Shown here: positions 44,802 through 54,890 of the stretch, piece by piece
How the letters are laid out: the number at the start of each line of letters is the position of its first letter
Position numbering within the stretch: position 1 is the first letter of the stretch
Source of the DNA: Candidatus Saccharimonadales bacterium
GTDB taxonomy: Bacteria; Patescibacteriota; Saccharimonadia; Saccharimonadales; 2-12-FULL-41-12
NCBI GenBank assembly: GCA_036278875.1
Contig: DASUKF010000021.1
Coordinates: forward strand, 1 to 62,437
Reading direction: 5' to 3'
Length of the DNA stretch: 62,437 nucleotides
The notes under the pieces: model-generated
What the model saw: only the letters and a program-made list of their open reading frames with translations
Told to the model about the DNA's origin: nothing
The model's database searches: none
Program-made: the position numbers and the translations under genes

Positions 44802-45431
44802 ATGGGTCAGAAAGTAAATCCGGTAAGTTTCCGCCTGCAGGTCAACAAGCAATGGCGTAGCAAATGGTTCGCTAACAAAAAAGAATACGCGGATTATCTG
44901 CAGCAGGACCTGAAAGTCAGGAAGCTCATAAATGACGAGCTTGGTTCCCGTGCAGCCATAAACAAAGTTGACATCGAGCGTTCACCCAATCTGGTTACGG
45001 TCACATTGACCACGGCCAAAGCCGGCGTAGTAATCGGCCGCGGCGGCGCAGGTGCCCAGTTGCTGAAGGACAAGATTGAGAAAATCTACGGTGTTCCCGC
45101 CAGGATAAACATAGAAGAGATCAAGAAATCCGAGCTTTATGCCAAGCTGGTAGCCGAAAATATCGCACACCAGCTGGAGAGAAGGATTTCATTCAGGCGG
45201 GCTATCAAGCAGTCTTCGGCCGCTACCATGCGCGCCGGCGCCAAAGGCATACGCATAGAAGTCGCTGGCAGGCTTAACGGAGCGGAGATGAGCCGCCGCG
45301 AAAAAGAAGTCGCAGGCAGCGTTCCTTTGCATACGCTCAGGGCTGATATTGACTATGCTCTGGCCAGGGCCCGCACTCCGGCCGGCATCATAGGTGTAAA
45401 AGTCTGGATCTACAAAGGAGAGGCCTTTTAA
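44802..45431 (+). CDS. rpsC: 30S ribosomal protein S3
   Basis: MGQKVNPVSFRL, KH domain GVVIGRGGA, GRLNGAEMSRRE. Confidence 0.96.
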   Translation: MGQKVNPVSFRLQVNKQWRSKWFANKKEYADYLQQDLKVRKLINDELGSRAAINKVDIERSPNLVTVTLTTAKAGVVIGRGGAGAQLLKDKIEKIYGVPARINIEEIKKSELYAKLVAENIAHQLERRISFRRAIKQSSAATMRAGAKGIRIEVAGRLNGAEMSRREKEVAGSVPLHTLRADIDYALARARTPAGIIGVKVWIYKGEAF

Positions 45432-45845
45432 ATGTTAGTACCTAAGAAACTGCAGTACAGGCGGGTGCGCAAGGGCCGTATCAAGGGTCCTGCTAACCGT
45501 GGCAACAATATTGCCTTCGGTCAGTATGCCCTGCAGTCGCTGGGTCAGGAAAGAGTCACCAGCCGCCAGATAGAATCCGCAAGACAGGCTATGACGCGCT
45601 ACGTCAAACGAGGCGGCAAGATCTGGATACGCATATTCCCGCATACGCCTGTCACCAAGAAGCCTCTGGGGCTCAAGATGGGCGGCGGCAAAGGTTCTCC
45701 CGAATACTTCGTAGCCAAAGTCAGGAAGGGCACCATACTTTTTGAGATGCAAGGCGTGCAGGAAGAAGTTGCCCGCGAGGCCATGCGTCTGGCAGGCCAT
45801 AAACTGCCGGTCAAGACCAAGTTCATAGTACGGGAGGGCGAATAA
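45432..45845 (+). CDS. rplP: 50S ribosomal protein L16
   Basis: [43 protein letters not shown]. Confidence 0.96.
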   Translation: MLVPKKLQYRRVRKGRIKGPANRGNNIAFGQYALQSLGQERVTSRQIESARQAMTRYVKRGGKIWIRIFPHTPVTKKPLGLKMGGGKGSPEYFVAKVRKGTILFEMQGVQEEVAREAMRLAGHKLPVKTKFIVREGE

Positions 45846-46045
45846 TGAAGATTGCCGAGGTCAGAAAGATGGACACCAAGGAACTGGTCAATAGTATAGA
45901 AAAACTGCGCCAGGAAATAGCCGAATTGCGCCGCAGCGTGCATATGGGCGAGAACAGCAATGTCAGGATGATACGCACCAAGCGCAGGGAACTGGCCAGG
46001 ATGCTCACAGTCATGAGCGAACAATTAGCTAAGGAGAAGATATAA
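45845..46045 (+). CDS. rpmC: 50S ribosomal protein L29
   Basis: 66 aa with the L29 pattern (EL...LR.E...LR......G...N...IR..RR.IAR..TV). Expected operon position. Confidence 0.9.
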   Translation: MKIAEVRKMDTKELVNSIEKLRQEIAELRRSVHMGENSNVRMIRTKRRELARMLTVMSEQLAKEKI

Positions 46046-46428
46046 TGGCAAAGACATTGATAGGTACGGTTACTTCAGTTGCCCCGGATAAGACCGCGGT
46101 CGTTGCCGTTAATACCCGAAAAACCCATCCTATATATAAGAAACAGTACATTGTTACCAAGAAATTTATGGCTCATGACGAAGACAATTCATGCAAGGTC
46201 GGCGACCGTGTAAGCATCATAGAAACCAGGCCGATATCCGCACGTAAGCGGTTCAAACTGGAAAAGATACTGGAACATGCCAGCCTGACCAAAGAAGACT
46301 TGAAGGCTATAGAAACCGAATCCGAAGAAGTTAAGGAAACTAAGACAGTTGAAAAAGAAGAGGCGAAGACCAAGCCGGCTAAAAAGACGGCTAAGCCTGC
46401 CAAGAAAGACGAAGGAGCGAGCGAATGA
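46045..46428 (+). CDS. rpsQ: 30S ribosomal protein S17 with a Lys/Glu-rich C-terminal extension
   Basis: [18 protein letters not shown]...HPIYKK...[27 protein letters not shown]. About 45 extra C-terminal residues. Confidence 0.93.
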   Translation: MAKTLIGTVTSVAPDKTAVVAVNTRKTHPIYKKQYIVTKKFMAHDEDNSCKVGDRVSIIETRPISARKRFKLEKILEHASLTKEDLKAIETESEEVKETKTVEKEEAKTKPAKKTAKPAKKDEGASE

Positions 46429-46793
46429 TACAGCAGGAATCCAGATTAGGCGTCTGTGACAACAGCGGTGCCAAGGAACTGCTCTGTATCCGTGTGCTCG
46501 GCGGTACCCGCAGAAGGTACGCTCGTGTCGGCGATGTTATCGTCGCTACCGTCAAGCAGGCCAACCCCAGTGGAAACGTCAAGAAAAAGTCTGTCGTACG
46601 CGCCGTGGTAGTCAGGACACGCAAGCCGATAAAACGAAAAGACGGTTCTACAATAGTTTTTGATGATAATGCCGCCGTGATAATCGGCGATGACAAACTT
46701 CCTAAAGCTACCCGTATATTCGGTCCGGTTCCGCGCGAGCTTCGCGACCTGGGTTATAACAAGATAATCAGCTTGGCTCCGGAGGTACTATAA
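46425..46793 (+). CDS. rplN: 50S ribosomal protein L14
   Basis: [27 protein letters not shown]. Confidence 0.97.
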   Translation: MIQQESRLGVCDNSGAKELLCIRVLGGTRRRYARVGDVIVATVKQANPSGNVKKKSVVRAVVVRTRKPIKRKDGSTIVFDDNAAVIIGDDKLPKATRIFGPVPRELRDLGYNKIISLAPEVL

Positions 46794-47134
46794 TGAGCGC
46801 ACCGGTATACAAGATAAGGTTAAAAAAAGGCGACAAAGTAGTTGTACTTTCCGGCAAATACAAGGGCGAAACAGGCACTATACTGGCTACCCACCCCAAG
46901 GAAAACAAGGTTACCGTGGAAGGTATCAATGTGGTCAAAAAAGCTATAAAGCCTAACCGTCAGTATCCGCAAGGCGGGATTATCGAAATCACCAAACCTT
47001 TATGGGTAAGCAAAGTTGCCATAGTCGATCCCACCGGCAAAAAACCGAGCCGTATTGGTTATGAAATCAGCAAATCAGGCAAGAAAGTCAGGATTTACAA
47101 GAAATCCGGCAAAGAAGTTAAGGAGGCTAAGTAA
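46793..47134 (+). CDS. rplX: 50S ribosomal protein L24
   Basis: KOW motif KKGDKVVVLSGKYKGETGTIL. Expected operon position. Confidence 0.94.
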   Translation: MSAPVYKIRLKKGDKVVVLSGKYKGETGTILATHPKENKVTVEGINVVKKAIKPNRQYPQGGIIEITKPLWVSKVAIVDPTGKKPSRIGYEISKSGKKVRIYKKSGKEVKEAK

Positions 47135-47739
47135 TGGCAGATACTGACACCGCTAAGAAGCCGGCAGCTGCAAAAAACAAGCTTGAGCCTACTGCGCGTC
47201 TGAAGCAGCTATACAACGACAAGATAGCCGCGGAACTGAAGAAAGAACTAAACCTGGCCAACATGCATCAGGTGCCCAGACTTGAGAAGGTTGTATTGAA
47301 CGTAGGTCTTGGCAAGGCCAAGGATGACAAGAGGGTTTTTGAGGCCGCAAATAACACGCTTATACGAATAACCGGCCAGAAGCCTCAGGAAACTTACGCT
47401 CGCATGAGCATCGCTACATTTAAATTGCGCGAAGGTAACAGGGTAGGCCTGAAAGTTACATTGCGCGACGAACGCATGTATGAGTTCCTTGACAGGCTCA
47501 TAAACATCGTCCTGCCGCGCCTGAGGGACTTTCACGGCGTGAGCCTGAAGTCTTTTGACAAGCAAGGCAATTACAGCCTGGGACTGGTTGAGCAGTCTAT
47601 ATTCCCCGAGCTTTCATTCGAGGAAACATCTGTAGCTCATGGTATGCAGGTAGTAATCGTGACGGACTCAAACGACGTAGAACATAACAGGGCTTTGCTG
47701 ACCAAGTTCGGCATGCCTTTTGAGAAGGAGGATAAATAG
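47134..47739 (+). CDS. rplE: 50S ribosomal protein L5
   Basis: [48 protein letters not shown]. Confidence 0.96.
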   Translation: MADTDTAKKPAAAKNKLEPTARLKQLYNDKIAAELKKELNLANMHQVPRLEKVVLNVGLGKAKDDKRVFEAANNTLIRITGQKPQETYARMSIATFKLREGNRVGLKVTLRDERMYEFLDRLINIVLPRLRDFHGVSLKSFDKQGNYSLGLVEQSIFPELSFEETSVAHGMQVVIVTDSNDVEHNRALLTKFGMPFEKEDK

Positions 47740-47740
47740 T

Positions 47741-48010
47741 ATGGCCAAAAAATCAATCGTTAACAGGGACGAAAAACGAAAAAAAATGATAGCCAAATAT
47801 GCCGAAAGGCGTGCTGAGATGAAACGGGCGGGCGATTACGTGGGATTGCATCTTTTGCCAAGGAACTCTTCGCCCACCAGGCATAAGAACCGATGTATTG
47901 AAACGGGCCGGCCGCGAGCCTATATGAGGACTTTCGGATTATCCAGGATTTCGTTCAGGGAGCACGCCTCAAAGGGCGAAATACCCGGTGTAACCAAAGG
48001 AAGCTGGTAG
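47741..48010 (+). CDS. rpsN: 30S ribosomal protein S14, long non-zinc form (89 aa)
   Basis: [15 protein letters not shown]..., [29 protein letters not shown]-terminal W. No CxxC pairs. The upstream TTG at 47720 lies inside rplE. Confidence 0.93.
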   Translation: MAKKSIVNRDEKRKKMIAKYAERRAEMKRAGDYVGLHLLPRNSSPTRHKNRCIETGRPRAYMRTFGLSRISFREHASKGEIPGVTKGSW

Positions 48011-48019
48011 GAGGAAAGA

Positions 48020-48415
48020 ATGGTATCTACAGACCCGATTTCAGATATGCTGACCCGCCTGCGTAATGCTATAGCCGTAGGCAAGAATGAAGTAAGTCTG
48101 CCGCACTCCCGTGTGAAGCAGTCGGTTGCTTCATTGCTTCAAAAGAGCGGTTTCATTGACGGCGTCAAGGTAGACGGTGAAGGTATCGATAAAAAAATCG
48201 TTATCGCCATAAATCCGGACAAAGAGAACGCACGCATCACCGAGATAACCCGTCTGAGCCGTCCCGGACGAAGGCTTTATGCCAAGGCCAAGGACATTCC
48301 TAGGGTCAAACAGGGCCGCGGCATCGTAATACTTTCTACTTCAAAAGGCGTTATGACAGGTGATGAAGCAAGAAAAGCAAAGGTCGGCGGCGAGCTGATA
48401 TGCAAGGTGTATTAA
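48020..48415 (+). CDS. rpsH: 30S ribosomal protein S8
   Basis: DPISDMLTRLRNA, ILSTSKGVMT, GGELICKVY. Confidence 0.96.
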   Translation: MVSTDPISDMLTRLRNAIAVGKNEVSLPHSRVKQSVASLLQKSGFIDGVKVDGEGIDKKIVIAINPDKENARITEITRLSRPGRRLYAKAKDIPRVKQGRGIVILSTSKGVMTGDEARKAKVGGELICKVY

Positions 48416-48430
48416 GGTAGGGATATATAG

Positions 48431-48970
48431 ATGAGCAGAATCGGAAAAATGCCAGTCAAGATACCGTCGGGAGTAACCGTCAATATAGATAATGACACTA
48501 TAACCGTCAACGGTTCAAAGGGCACGCTTACACAGTTCGTTATGCCTGAAGTCAGTATCAAACAGCAGGATGATGAATTAGTTTTCAAAGCTGTAGATGA
48601 CGAGCAGGTGTCGCGCTCCAAACACGGTCTGATGCGCAGCCTGGTACAGAATATGGTTACCGGCGTCAGTCAGGGTTTTGAGAAAAAACTCGAGGTCAAC
48701 GGCATCGGTTACAGGGTCAATCTGGCCGGACGTGATCTGCGCATGAGCCTGGGTCTGTCCCACGAAGCCGTTTACAGGATACCCGAAGGGATAGACGTAA
48801 AAGTCGAACAGAACATTATCACGGTCAGCGGCATCAGCCGCCAGCAGGTTGGCCAGGTCGCTTCCGAGATACGGTCTTTGAAAAAGCCGGAACCTTACAA
48901 GGGCAAAGGCATAAAGTATGTTGATGAGAGGATAATCCGTAAAAGCGGTAAATCAGGTAAGGAAAAATAA
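48431..48970 (+). CDS. rplF: 50S ribosomal protein L6
   Basis: [34 protein letters not shown]. Confidence 0.96.
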   Translation: MSRIGKMPVKIPSGVTVNIDNDTITVNGSKGTLTQFVMPEVSIKQQDDELVFKAVDDEQVSRSKHGLMRSLVQNMVTGVSQGFEKKLEVNGIGYRVNLAGRDLRMSLGLSHEAVYRIPEGIDVKVEQNIITVSGISRQQVGQVASEIRSLKKPEPYKGKGIKYVDERIIRKSGKSGKEK

Positions 48971-49326
48971 TGAACAGAGTCGAATCTAAGAAAACCAGAG
49001 CTATTAGGAGGCAGAACCGGGTGAGAACCAGCCTGAGGTCCGCTTCACCGCGCCCGCGCCTTTCCGTATTTATCAGCAACAGGAACATATCCGCCCAGAT
49101 AATTGACGATTCCGTGCACAAAACCTTGGTTTCCGCATCTACTACCGGCAAGGATGTTACTAAAGGCAATATGACTGAAAAAGCTGTCGCAGTAGGCAAA
49201 GAGATAGCTAAAAAAGCAAAGGCCAAGAAAATAACCGAAGTAGCACTGGACAGAGGTCCGAGACTGTTTCACGGACGAATAAAAGCTCTGGCTGACGCCG
49301 CGCGAGAGGAAGGACTAAAGATATAA
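48970..49326 (+). CDS. rplR: 50S ribosomal protein L18
   Basis: RRQNRVR...[42 protein letters not shown]. Confidence 0.95.
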   Translation: MNRVESKKTRAIRRQNRVRTSLRSASPRPRLSVFISNRNISAQIIDDSVHKTLVSASTTGKDVTKGNMTEKAVAVGKEIAKKAKAKKITEVALDRGPRLFHGRIKALADAAREEGLKI

Positions 49327-49901
49327 TGGCTGATACTAGAAGAGGCAGAGAAATGAAAGTTCAAGAGCTTGAGGAAAAGCAGTTCGAAGAAAGAGTACTG
49401 AACATAGACAGGGTTGCCCGCGTGGTCAAAGGCGGACGCCGTTTCAGGTTCCGGGCGCTCGTAGTAGTCGGCGATAAGAAAGGCCGCCTCGGAGTAGCCA
49501 TCGCCAAAGGCGCAGATGTTACCACCGCGGTTTCCAAAGCCGTAGAAGCAGCCAAGAAGGACATGACCAGCCTGTCGCTTTATAACGGTACCTTGCCACA
49601 CGAAGTTCAGGCCAAGGTCGGCGGAGCCGATATATTGATAAAGCCGGCAGGCCCGGGTACCGGCTTGATAGCCGGCGGCGTGGTTCGCACGCTGCTTGAA
49701 GTAGGCGGCGTACACAATGCTTTGTCCAAATCGCTAGGTTCGTCCAACAAAGTCAATTCGGCTTATGCCACACTGAAAGCTCTTAAAAGCATGCAGCCAG
49801 CTGACAAGTGGATAACCCGTGCCGGTTCTGAAAAGCCCAAATCAGCCCCTAAGAAAACCGCTAAATCAGACGATAAGAAGGCCAAGGATAGCAGCAAATG
49901 A
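49326..49901 (+). CDS. rpsE: 30S ribosomal protein S5 with a Lys-rich C-terminal tail
   Basis: ERVLNIDRVARVVKGGRRFRFRALVVVGD, GPGTGLIAGG. Confidence 0.96.
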   Translation: MADTRRGREMKVQELEEKQFEERVLNIDRVARVVKGGRRFRFRALVVVGDKKGRLGVAIAKGADVTTAVSKAVEAAKKDMTSLSLYNGTLPHEVQAKVGGADILIKPAGPGTGLIAGGVVRTLLEVGGVHNALSKSLGSSNKVNSAYATLKALKSMQPADKWITRAGSEKPKSAPKKTAKSDDKKAKDSSK

Positions 49902-50368
49902 AGTTTAACGAACTGAAAACTACCAGACAGAAAAAGCCCACCCGTGTAGGCCGCGGTATATCTGCTGGCGGCGGCAAGACCGCAGGCCGTGGTACCAAAG
50001 GCCAAGGCGCCCGCAAAAGCGGCGGTGTAAGGCCCGGATTTGAAGGTGGCCAGCTGCCGCTCTATATGCGTTTGCCAAAACTGCGCGGTTTCAAATCGCA
50101 CCGTGCCCCTACGGCCGTCGTGTATACAGGTCAGCTGGAAGCACTGGGCAGGGCCAAGGTTGATTCGACCGTTCTCGCCGAAGCCGGTATCATAGAAAAC
50201 CCTTACCAGAAGGTAAAGGTAGTCGTAAACGGTGATCTGAAGAAAAAGGTTGAAGTCAAACTGACCGGAGCAACCGCCTCAGCAGAGAAAATGATAGCCA
50301 AGGCCGGCGGCAGTTTTCATAAGGTAGAACAATTGAAACGGCCCAAGAAAACCGTCGAAAAGAAGTAG
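49898..50368 (+). CDS. rplO: 50S ribosomal protein L15 (directly follows rpsE, with no rpmD between them)
   Basis: RVGRGISAGGGKTAGRGTKGQ..., GFEGGQLPLYMRLPKLRGF. Overlaps the rpsE stop by 4 nt. Confidence 0.95.
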   Translation: MKFNELKTTRQKKPTRVGRGISAGGGKTAGRGTKGQGARKSGGVRPGFEGGQLPLYMRLPKLRGFKSHRAPTAVVYTGQLEALGRAKVDSTVLAEAGIIENPYQKVKVVVNGDLKKKVEVKLTGATASAEKMIAKAGGSFHKVEQLKRPKKTVEKK

Positions 50369-50416
50369 TATTGTATACTTAGTCGTAAGAAAAAGAGAGG
50401 GTAAGTAAACGTCTGA

Positions 50417-51895
50417 ATGAACTGGAAACTGATTTGGAAATCGCTGGCCGATGCAGACATGCGCAAGAAAATCTTCGCAGTCCTTGGCATCATAGTGGTC
50501 TACCGCGTACTGGCTCATATACCTATACCTATCAGCGACCCGCAGAATGTCCGCCAGGTCCTGGAATCATTGTTCACTTCCAGTAATACACCTCAGTTCT
50601 TGAGTTTTCTGAATGCCCTGTCCGGCGGCGCGCTGGCCAAATTTTCCATCATGCTCGTCGCTTTGGGGCCGTATATTAATGCCAGCATAATAATGCAGCT
50701 GCTTACCCGGGCCATACCCCGGCTGGAAACTTTGAACAAAGAAGGCGAATACGGCCGCAAGAAAATAAACCAGATGACCCGTATCCTGACCCTGCCCTTG
50801 GCGATAGTCCAATCCATAGGTGCTATTTATATAGTCAAACAGCAGGCCAGTCAGATATCCGGCCTTGACATAACAGCACACAGTTCGCCGATGCAGTGGG
50901 TGCTGATGGTGGTCGCGCTTACCGGCGGTTCGATGATACTTATGTGGCTGGGGGAACTTATAACCGAGCAGAATATCGGCAACGGTATATCGCTTCTGAT
51001 AACCGTAGGCATAGTCAGTACCTTGCCGGGCATGCTTAGCGGTCTGGTCGGTGGTGTGTTCTCAGGCAGTCACAAGATAAACTTCATCGGCCGCCAGATT
51101 CCTCTGGATTACCACCAGCTTAAGATATTCGCCATTGTCGCGATACTGGTGATTCTAACCATAGTAATAGTGGTGAAGCTGAACGAAGCGGCGCGCAAAC
51201 TTACCGTGCATTATGCCAAGCGTGTCCAGGGCAACCGCACCTATGGCGGTGTTACAACCATGCTGCCGGTCAAGCTCATTGGCGCCGGCGTGGTACCTAT
51301 CATCTTTGCGGTAGCTTTCCTTAGCGTTCCCAGTTTCATCGGACAGATACTTTCTACTAACGCCTCGGAAAAACTCCAGCACCTCGGCACTGTTTTGCTT
51401 CAATGGTTCCAGACGCCTTCGGCCCAGACTTTTGCCACCGGCGACTGGCATTCATATATATATCCGGTCACTTATTTCATATTGGTCTTTCTTTTCACTT
51501 TCTTCTATACCAACATCACTTTCAACGCCAAGGAAATTGCCGAGAACCTGCAGAAGCAAGGCGGTTTTATCGCCGACGTGCGTTCCGGTCCGCAGACCGA
51601 GAAGTATCTTTCAAGAGTGGTTAACAGGCTGACTCTGTTCGGGGGTATCGCTATCGGTATATTGGCGGTGGTGCCTATAGCGGCGGAAATATTCTTCGGC
51701 AATAACCTGGCTATCGGCGGTACCAGCGTGCTTATATTGGTTTCCGTATCGCTCGAAACGCTCAGGAAAGTGGAATCCCAGGCCCTTATGGTCACTTACA
51801 GCCGGTATGACGGCGGAGACTTTTTCCAACAGGTTGAGCAAGAAGAGAAGAAAAGCCGGTTCCCTGTAAAGAAATTCAGGAGAAAGAAGAAGTAA
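50417..51895 (+). CDS. secY: Preprotein translocase subunit SecY (with a basic C-terminal extension)
   Basis: 492 aa and 10 TM pattern. LGIIVVYRVLAHIPIP, ALGPYINASIIMQLL, GELITEQNIGNGISLLI, GGFIADVRSGPQTEKYL. Confidence 0.96.
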   Translation: MNWKLIWKSLADADMRKKIFAVLGIIVVYRVLAHIPIPISDPQNVRQVLESLFTSSNTPQFLSFLNALSGGALAKFSIMLVALGPYINASIIMQLLTRAIPRLETLNKEGEYGRKKINQMTRILTLPLAIVQSIGAIYIVKQQASQISGLDITAHSSPMQWVLMVVALTGGSMILMWLGELITEQNIGNGISLLITVGIVSTLPGMLSGLVGGVFSGSHKINFIGRQIPLDYHQLKIFAIVAILVILTIVIVVKLNEAARKLTVHYAKRVQGNRTYGGVTTMLPVKLIGAGVVPIIFAVAFLSVPSFIGQILSTNASEKLQHLGTVLLQWFQTPSAQTFATGDWHSYIYPVTYFILVFLFTFFYTNITFNAKEIAENLQKQGGFIADVRSGPQTEKYLSRVVNRLTLFGGIAIGILAVVPIAAEIFFGNNLAIGGTSVLILVSVSLETLRKVESQALMVTYSRYDGGDFFQQVEQEEKKSRFPVKKFRRKKK

Positions 51896-51896
51896 C

Positions 51897-52778
51897 ATGC
51901 CAAACCCGGAGCAGGGAGAAGCGGCCAAAATGTCACCCTTTGAGAGAGTTACAGCCGCAACAGGAGTTCTTCTTACCGTGGCAGCTATTGCTTATCCTTA
52001 CCCTTCTACAGAAGCACACCAGCATTCAGATGAACCCTTGGTTGAAAAATGCAGGGAAGAATATCCGCCGCAGCCGGCTGAACTAACCATGGAAGATTAC
52101 TTCGGTGTAGATCGATGGGGGTATCAAAGGCCGCAAGCCGGGAATGTGCTTCAAATTTTAAAGCACAGGCTAAGGGAAAATCAGCTCCACGCCTATGAAG
52201 TCAGCCCTGAACGCAGCCATAGGATAGAAGCGCAAGTCAATCGCTTCGCTGCCGGCATGGTAGAGCGCGCTAACGACGGTGATACTACGTATAAGTTTTT
52301 GCAGGGCGGCGGAGGCGCTTTTCTTGACGGTAATTTCCTAACAGGACCCGGTGGGGGCCTGGAACCGGCGGCTGATGATTATGAAGGTTTTGGTTGGCTG
52401 TGGAGAGATGTTAAAGATGATAACGGTAAAATAATCAAACAAGAGATTGTTGACGGAATATACCGCCACAGTGACGGTACATATTATCCTCAGCCTCGTC
52501 CATGGACACTTTCAGTCTACGATAAAAATGCCCAGTCCACCTTTGAAGCTCCGGAAGGCCTCGGCCTGGTAGAGTGTGCCTCCGTTCCGGGTAATGGCGC
52601 TACTCAAGGTTGGCGGGTTTCACATTATGATTTCAATCACCTGGGCGAGCCCGGCTCTGATACCGTGCAGCTTGAGCCCTGGGTCTATGGCAACACTACT
52701 ATCGCTGATGTGCAATTAGCGGATAGACGGGCTGCTCACTTTATCGACAACAGGTACGACCCTGGAGTCGGACAATAA
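51897..52778 (+). CDS. Hypothetical exported or membrane-anchored protein (293 aa)
   Basis: The ATG lies 1 nt after the secY stop. N-terminal hydrophobic anchor VTAATGVLLTVAAIAYPYP. No family recognised. Confidence 0.6.
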   Translation: MPNPEQGEAAKMSPFERVTAATGVLLTVAAIAYPYPSTEAHQHSDEPLVEKCREEYPPQPAELTMEDYFGVDRWGYQRPQAGNVLQILKHRLRENQLHAYEVSPERSHRIEAQVNRFAAGMVERANDGDTTYKFLQGGGGAFLDGNFLTGPGGGLEPAADDYEGFGWLWRDVKDDNGKIIKQEIVDGIYRHSDGTYYPQPRPWTLSVYDKNAQSTFEAPEGLGLVECASVPGNGATQGWRVSHYDFNHLGEPGSDTVQLEPWVYGNTTIADVQLADRRAAHFIDNRYDPGVGQ

Positions 52779-52780
52779 GA

Positions 52781-53005
52781 GTGCCTGCACTGATTCCTAT
52801 AATAATTATCGTCTTGCTGGAGGGTTTCTGGCTGTGGATGCTTAGGGAGATGGCATATAATCCGGACATTCCGCCTAATAATACCAGCGGCAGATTTAAC
52901 TGGCCGCCTATATCTAAAGTAGAGTGGGCTTTCCTGTTCGTACTTCTAAACGTAGCCGCCGCCGGCTTCTACTACTTCGTCGTATATAAAGAAATTCGCC
53001 GGTAA
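52781..53005 (+). CDS. Small 2-TM membrane protein (74 aa)
   Basis: The GTG start lies 2 nt after the upstream stop. Two hydrophobic helices (LIPIIIIVLLEGFWLWML; WAFLFVLLNVAAAGFYYFVV). Confidence 0.5.
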   Translation: MPALIPIIIIVLLEGFWLWMLREMAYNPDIPPNNTSGRFNWPPISKVEWAFLFVLLNVAAAGFYYFVVYKEIRR

Positions 53006-53011
53006 AAAATG

Positions 53012-53040
53012 TTGCAATTTTGAGAAGTGTTTGATATGAT
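53012..53040 (+). promoter_or_regulatory. Candidate infA promoter: TTGCAA, 17 nt spacer, TATGAT
   Basis: -35 at 53012-53017 and -10 at 53035-53040, 19 nt before ATG at 53060. Confidence 0.5.
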
Positions 53041-53059
53041 ACTTGTCTAGTTATATTTT

Positions 53060-53281
53060 ATGGCCAAAAATAAGGAAGTTATCGAGCTTACGGGTACTAT
53101 CGTAGAAACCCTGCCAGGAACACAATTCAAGGTGGAGCTCGAAAATGGCCATCAAATCATAGCTCACGTCGCCGGCAAGATGAGGAAGAACTACATCCGC
53201 ATCGTTCCAGGTGACAGCGTTACGGTCGAGTTGACACCTTACGACCTTACGAAGGGCAGAATCACGTATCGCAAAAGTTAA
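53060..53281 (+). CDS. infA: Translation initiation factor IF-1
   Basis: 73 aa. [65 protein letters not shown]. Confidence 0.96.
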   Translation: MAKNKEVIELTGTIVETLPGTQFKVELENGHQIIAHVAGKMRKNYIRIVPGDSVTVELTPYDLTKGRITYRKS

Positions 53282-53328
53282 CATCAATTAAGCAGTGTGT
53301 TATTGCGTAAAAAGGAGCAATAATCCGT

Positions 53329-53445
53329 ATGAAAGTACGTGCAAGTGTAAAGAAAATCAGTTCCGATGATAAAATCGTCCGCAGAAAAGGACGACTGTAT
53401 GTCATTAACAAAATGAAGCCTAAGCACAAGCAGAGGCAAGGTTAG
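53329..53445 (+). CDS. rpmJ: 50S ribosomal protein L36, Cys-less (non-zinc) variant; not in the ORF track (38 aa)
   Basis: Manual translation gives [44 protein letters not shown] upstream. Canonical position between infA and rpsM. Confidence 0.9.
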   Translation: MKVRASVKKISSDDKIVRRKGRLYVINKMKPKHKQRQG

Positions 53446-53452
53446 TATATAT

Positions 53453-53839
53453 ATGGCCAGGATTTCAGGAGTTACCATACCGAACGAAAAGCAGGTGCAG
53501 ATAGCATTGCAGTATATATACGGTATTGGTAAGAAACATGCGAAAGAAATACTAGCAAAAGCTAAAGTAGAACCAACCGTACGGGTAAAAGACCTGACAG
53601 AAGGCGAAATAGGCAAGATTTCCGAGATCGTCGGCAATGATTACATAGTCGAAGGCGAATTACAGCGCATAGTTACGGGCAATATCAAGCGTCTGAAAGA
53701 TATAAAGACCTATCGCGGTATGCGCCATTCGGCTAGCCTGCCCAGCAAGGGCCAAAGGACCAAGACCAACGCTAGGACGCGCCGTGGCAAGAAAGTAACC
53801 GTCGGCGGCACGGCGAAGAAAGTAGCGTCTAAGACTTAA
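53453..53839 (+). CDS. rpsM: 30S ribosomal protein S13
   Basis: [45 protein letters not shown]. Confidence 0.96.
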   Translation: MARISGVTIPNEKQVQIALQYIYGIGKKHAKEILAKAKVEPTVRVKDLTEGEIGKISEIVGNDYIVEGELQRIVTGNIKRLKDIKTYRGMRHSASLPSKGQRTKTNARTRRGKKVTVGGTAKKVASKT

Positions 53840-53847
53840 GGATAATT

Positions 53848-54255
53848 ATGGCAGAGGAAACCAAGACCACCGCACCCAAGACAAGGAAAAAGAAAGCCAA
53901 GCGCAGCGTGCCTGCCGGACAGGTACATGTTCTGGCAACTTTCAACAACACCATAGTTACCGTTACCGACACGAAAGGCGGAGTACTTACGAACTCCAGT
54001 GCCGGAGCCTGCGGTTTCCGTGGCAGCAAGAAAGGCACCGCCTATGCCGCTCAAGTCGCCGCCGAGAAAGCTATAGAAGATGCGAAACAGCGTTTCGGTC
54101 TGAGTAAAACCGATGTATTCATCAAAGGTGTCGGTCTGGGCCGCGATGCGGCTGTCAGAGTTTTGATTTCTGCCAATATATCGGTTGATTCCATACAGGA
54201 TGTAACAGGAGTTCCGCATGGCGGAACACGCCCGAGGAAAGCGAGGAGAGTATAG
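53848..54255 (+). CDS. rpsK: 30S ribosomal protein S11
   Basis: VHVLATFNNTIVTVTD, GFRGSKKGTAYAAQ, DVTGVPHGGTRPRK. Confidence 0.96.
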   Translation: MAEETKTTAPKTRKKKAKRSVPAGQVHVLATFNNTIVTVTDTKGGVLTNSSAGACGFRGSKKGTAYAAQVAAEKAIEDAKQRFGLSKTDVFIKGVGLGRDAAVRVLISANISVDSIQDVTGVPHGGTRPRKARRV

Positions 54256-54870
54256 ATGGCTAGAGATACGCGTTCTATCGTAAAGATGAGCCGCCGCGAA
54301 GGCTACGCTCTTCACCCCAAGGCCCATAAAGCGCTCGTAAAGCGCTCTACTCCTCCGGGTCAACAAACCAGGGGCTATAGAAGCAAGCCGAGCCAGTATT
54401 CGCTTCAGCTTCGGGAAAAACAGAAGGTAAAACGGCTTTACGGCCTTTTGGAAAAGCAGTTCCGCAACCTGATGAAAGAAGCATCCAGGGCTAAGGGTGA
54501 ATCCGGTCAGATCCTGCTGAGATTCTTAGAACAGCGCGCCGACAACGCCGTATATCGTTCAGGGCTGGCTACAAGCCGACGGGCCGCCCGCCAGCTGGTT
54601 ACTCACGGGCATTTCACCCTGAACGGGCGTCGCGTAGACGTTCCATCTATCAGGCTGAAAACGGGAGACGAGCTGAAACTGCGGGACAAGTCCAAAAACA
54701 GCGAATATTTCAAGCATATCGATGACGTAAGCCCTGCACCGAGCGAGATACCGGGGTGGCTGAAAGTCGATAGAAAGAGGTTTGAGATAAAAGTAACCGG
54801 CGAGCCTGGTCGAGAAGAAGCGGAGCCGGATATAAATGAGCAATTAATAGTTGAGTTCTACTCACGTTAA
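54256..54870 (+). CDS. rpsD: 30S ribosomal protein S4
   Basis: SQYSLQLREKQKVKRLYGLLEKQFRN. S4 domain RADNAVYRSGLATSRRAARQLVTHGHFTLNGRRV. Confidence 0.95.
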   Translation: MARDTRSIVKMSRREGYALHPKAHKALVKRSTPPGQQTRGYRSKPSQYSLQLREKQKVKRLYGLLEKQFRNLMKEASRAKGESGQILLRFLEQRADNAVYRSGLATSRRAARQLVTHGHFTLNGRRVDVPSIRLKTGDELKLRDKSKNSEYFKHIDDVSPAPSEIPGWLKVDRKRFEIKVTGEPGREEAEPDINEQLIVEFYSR

Positions 54871-54890
54871 GTTAAGGAGACGAGCTAACA

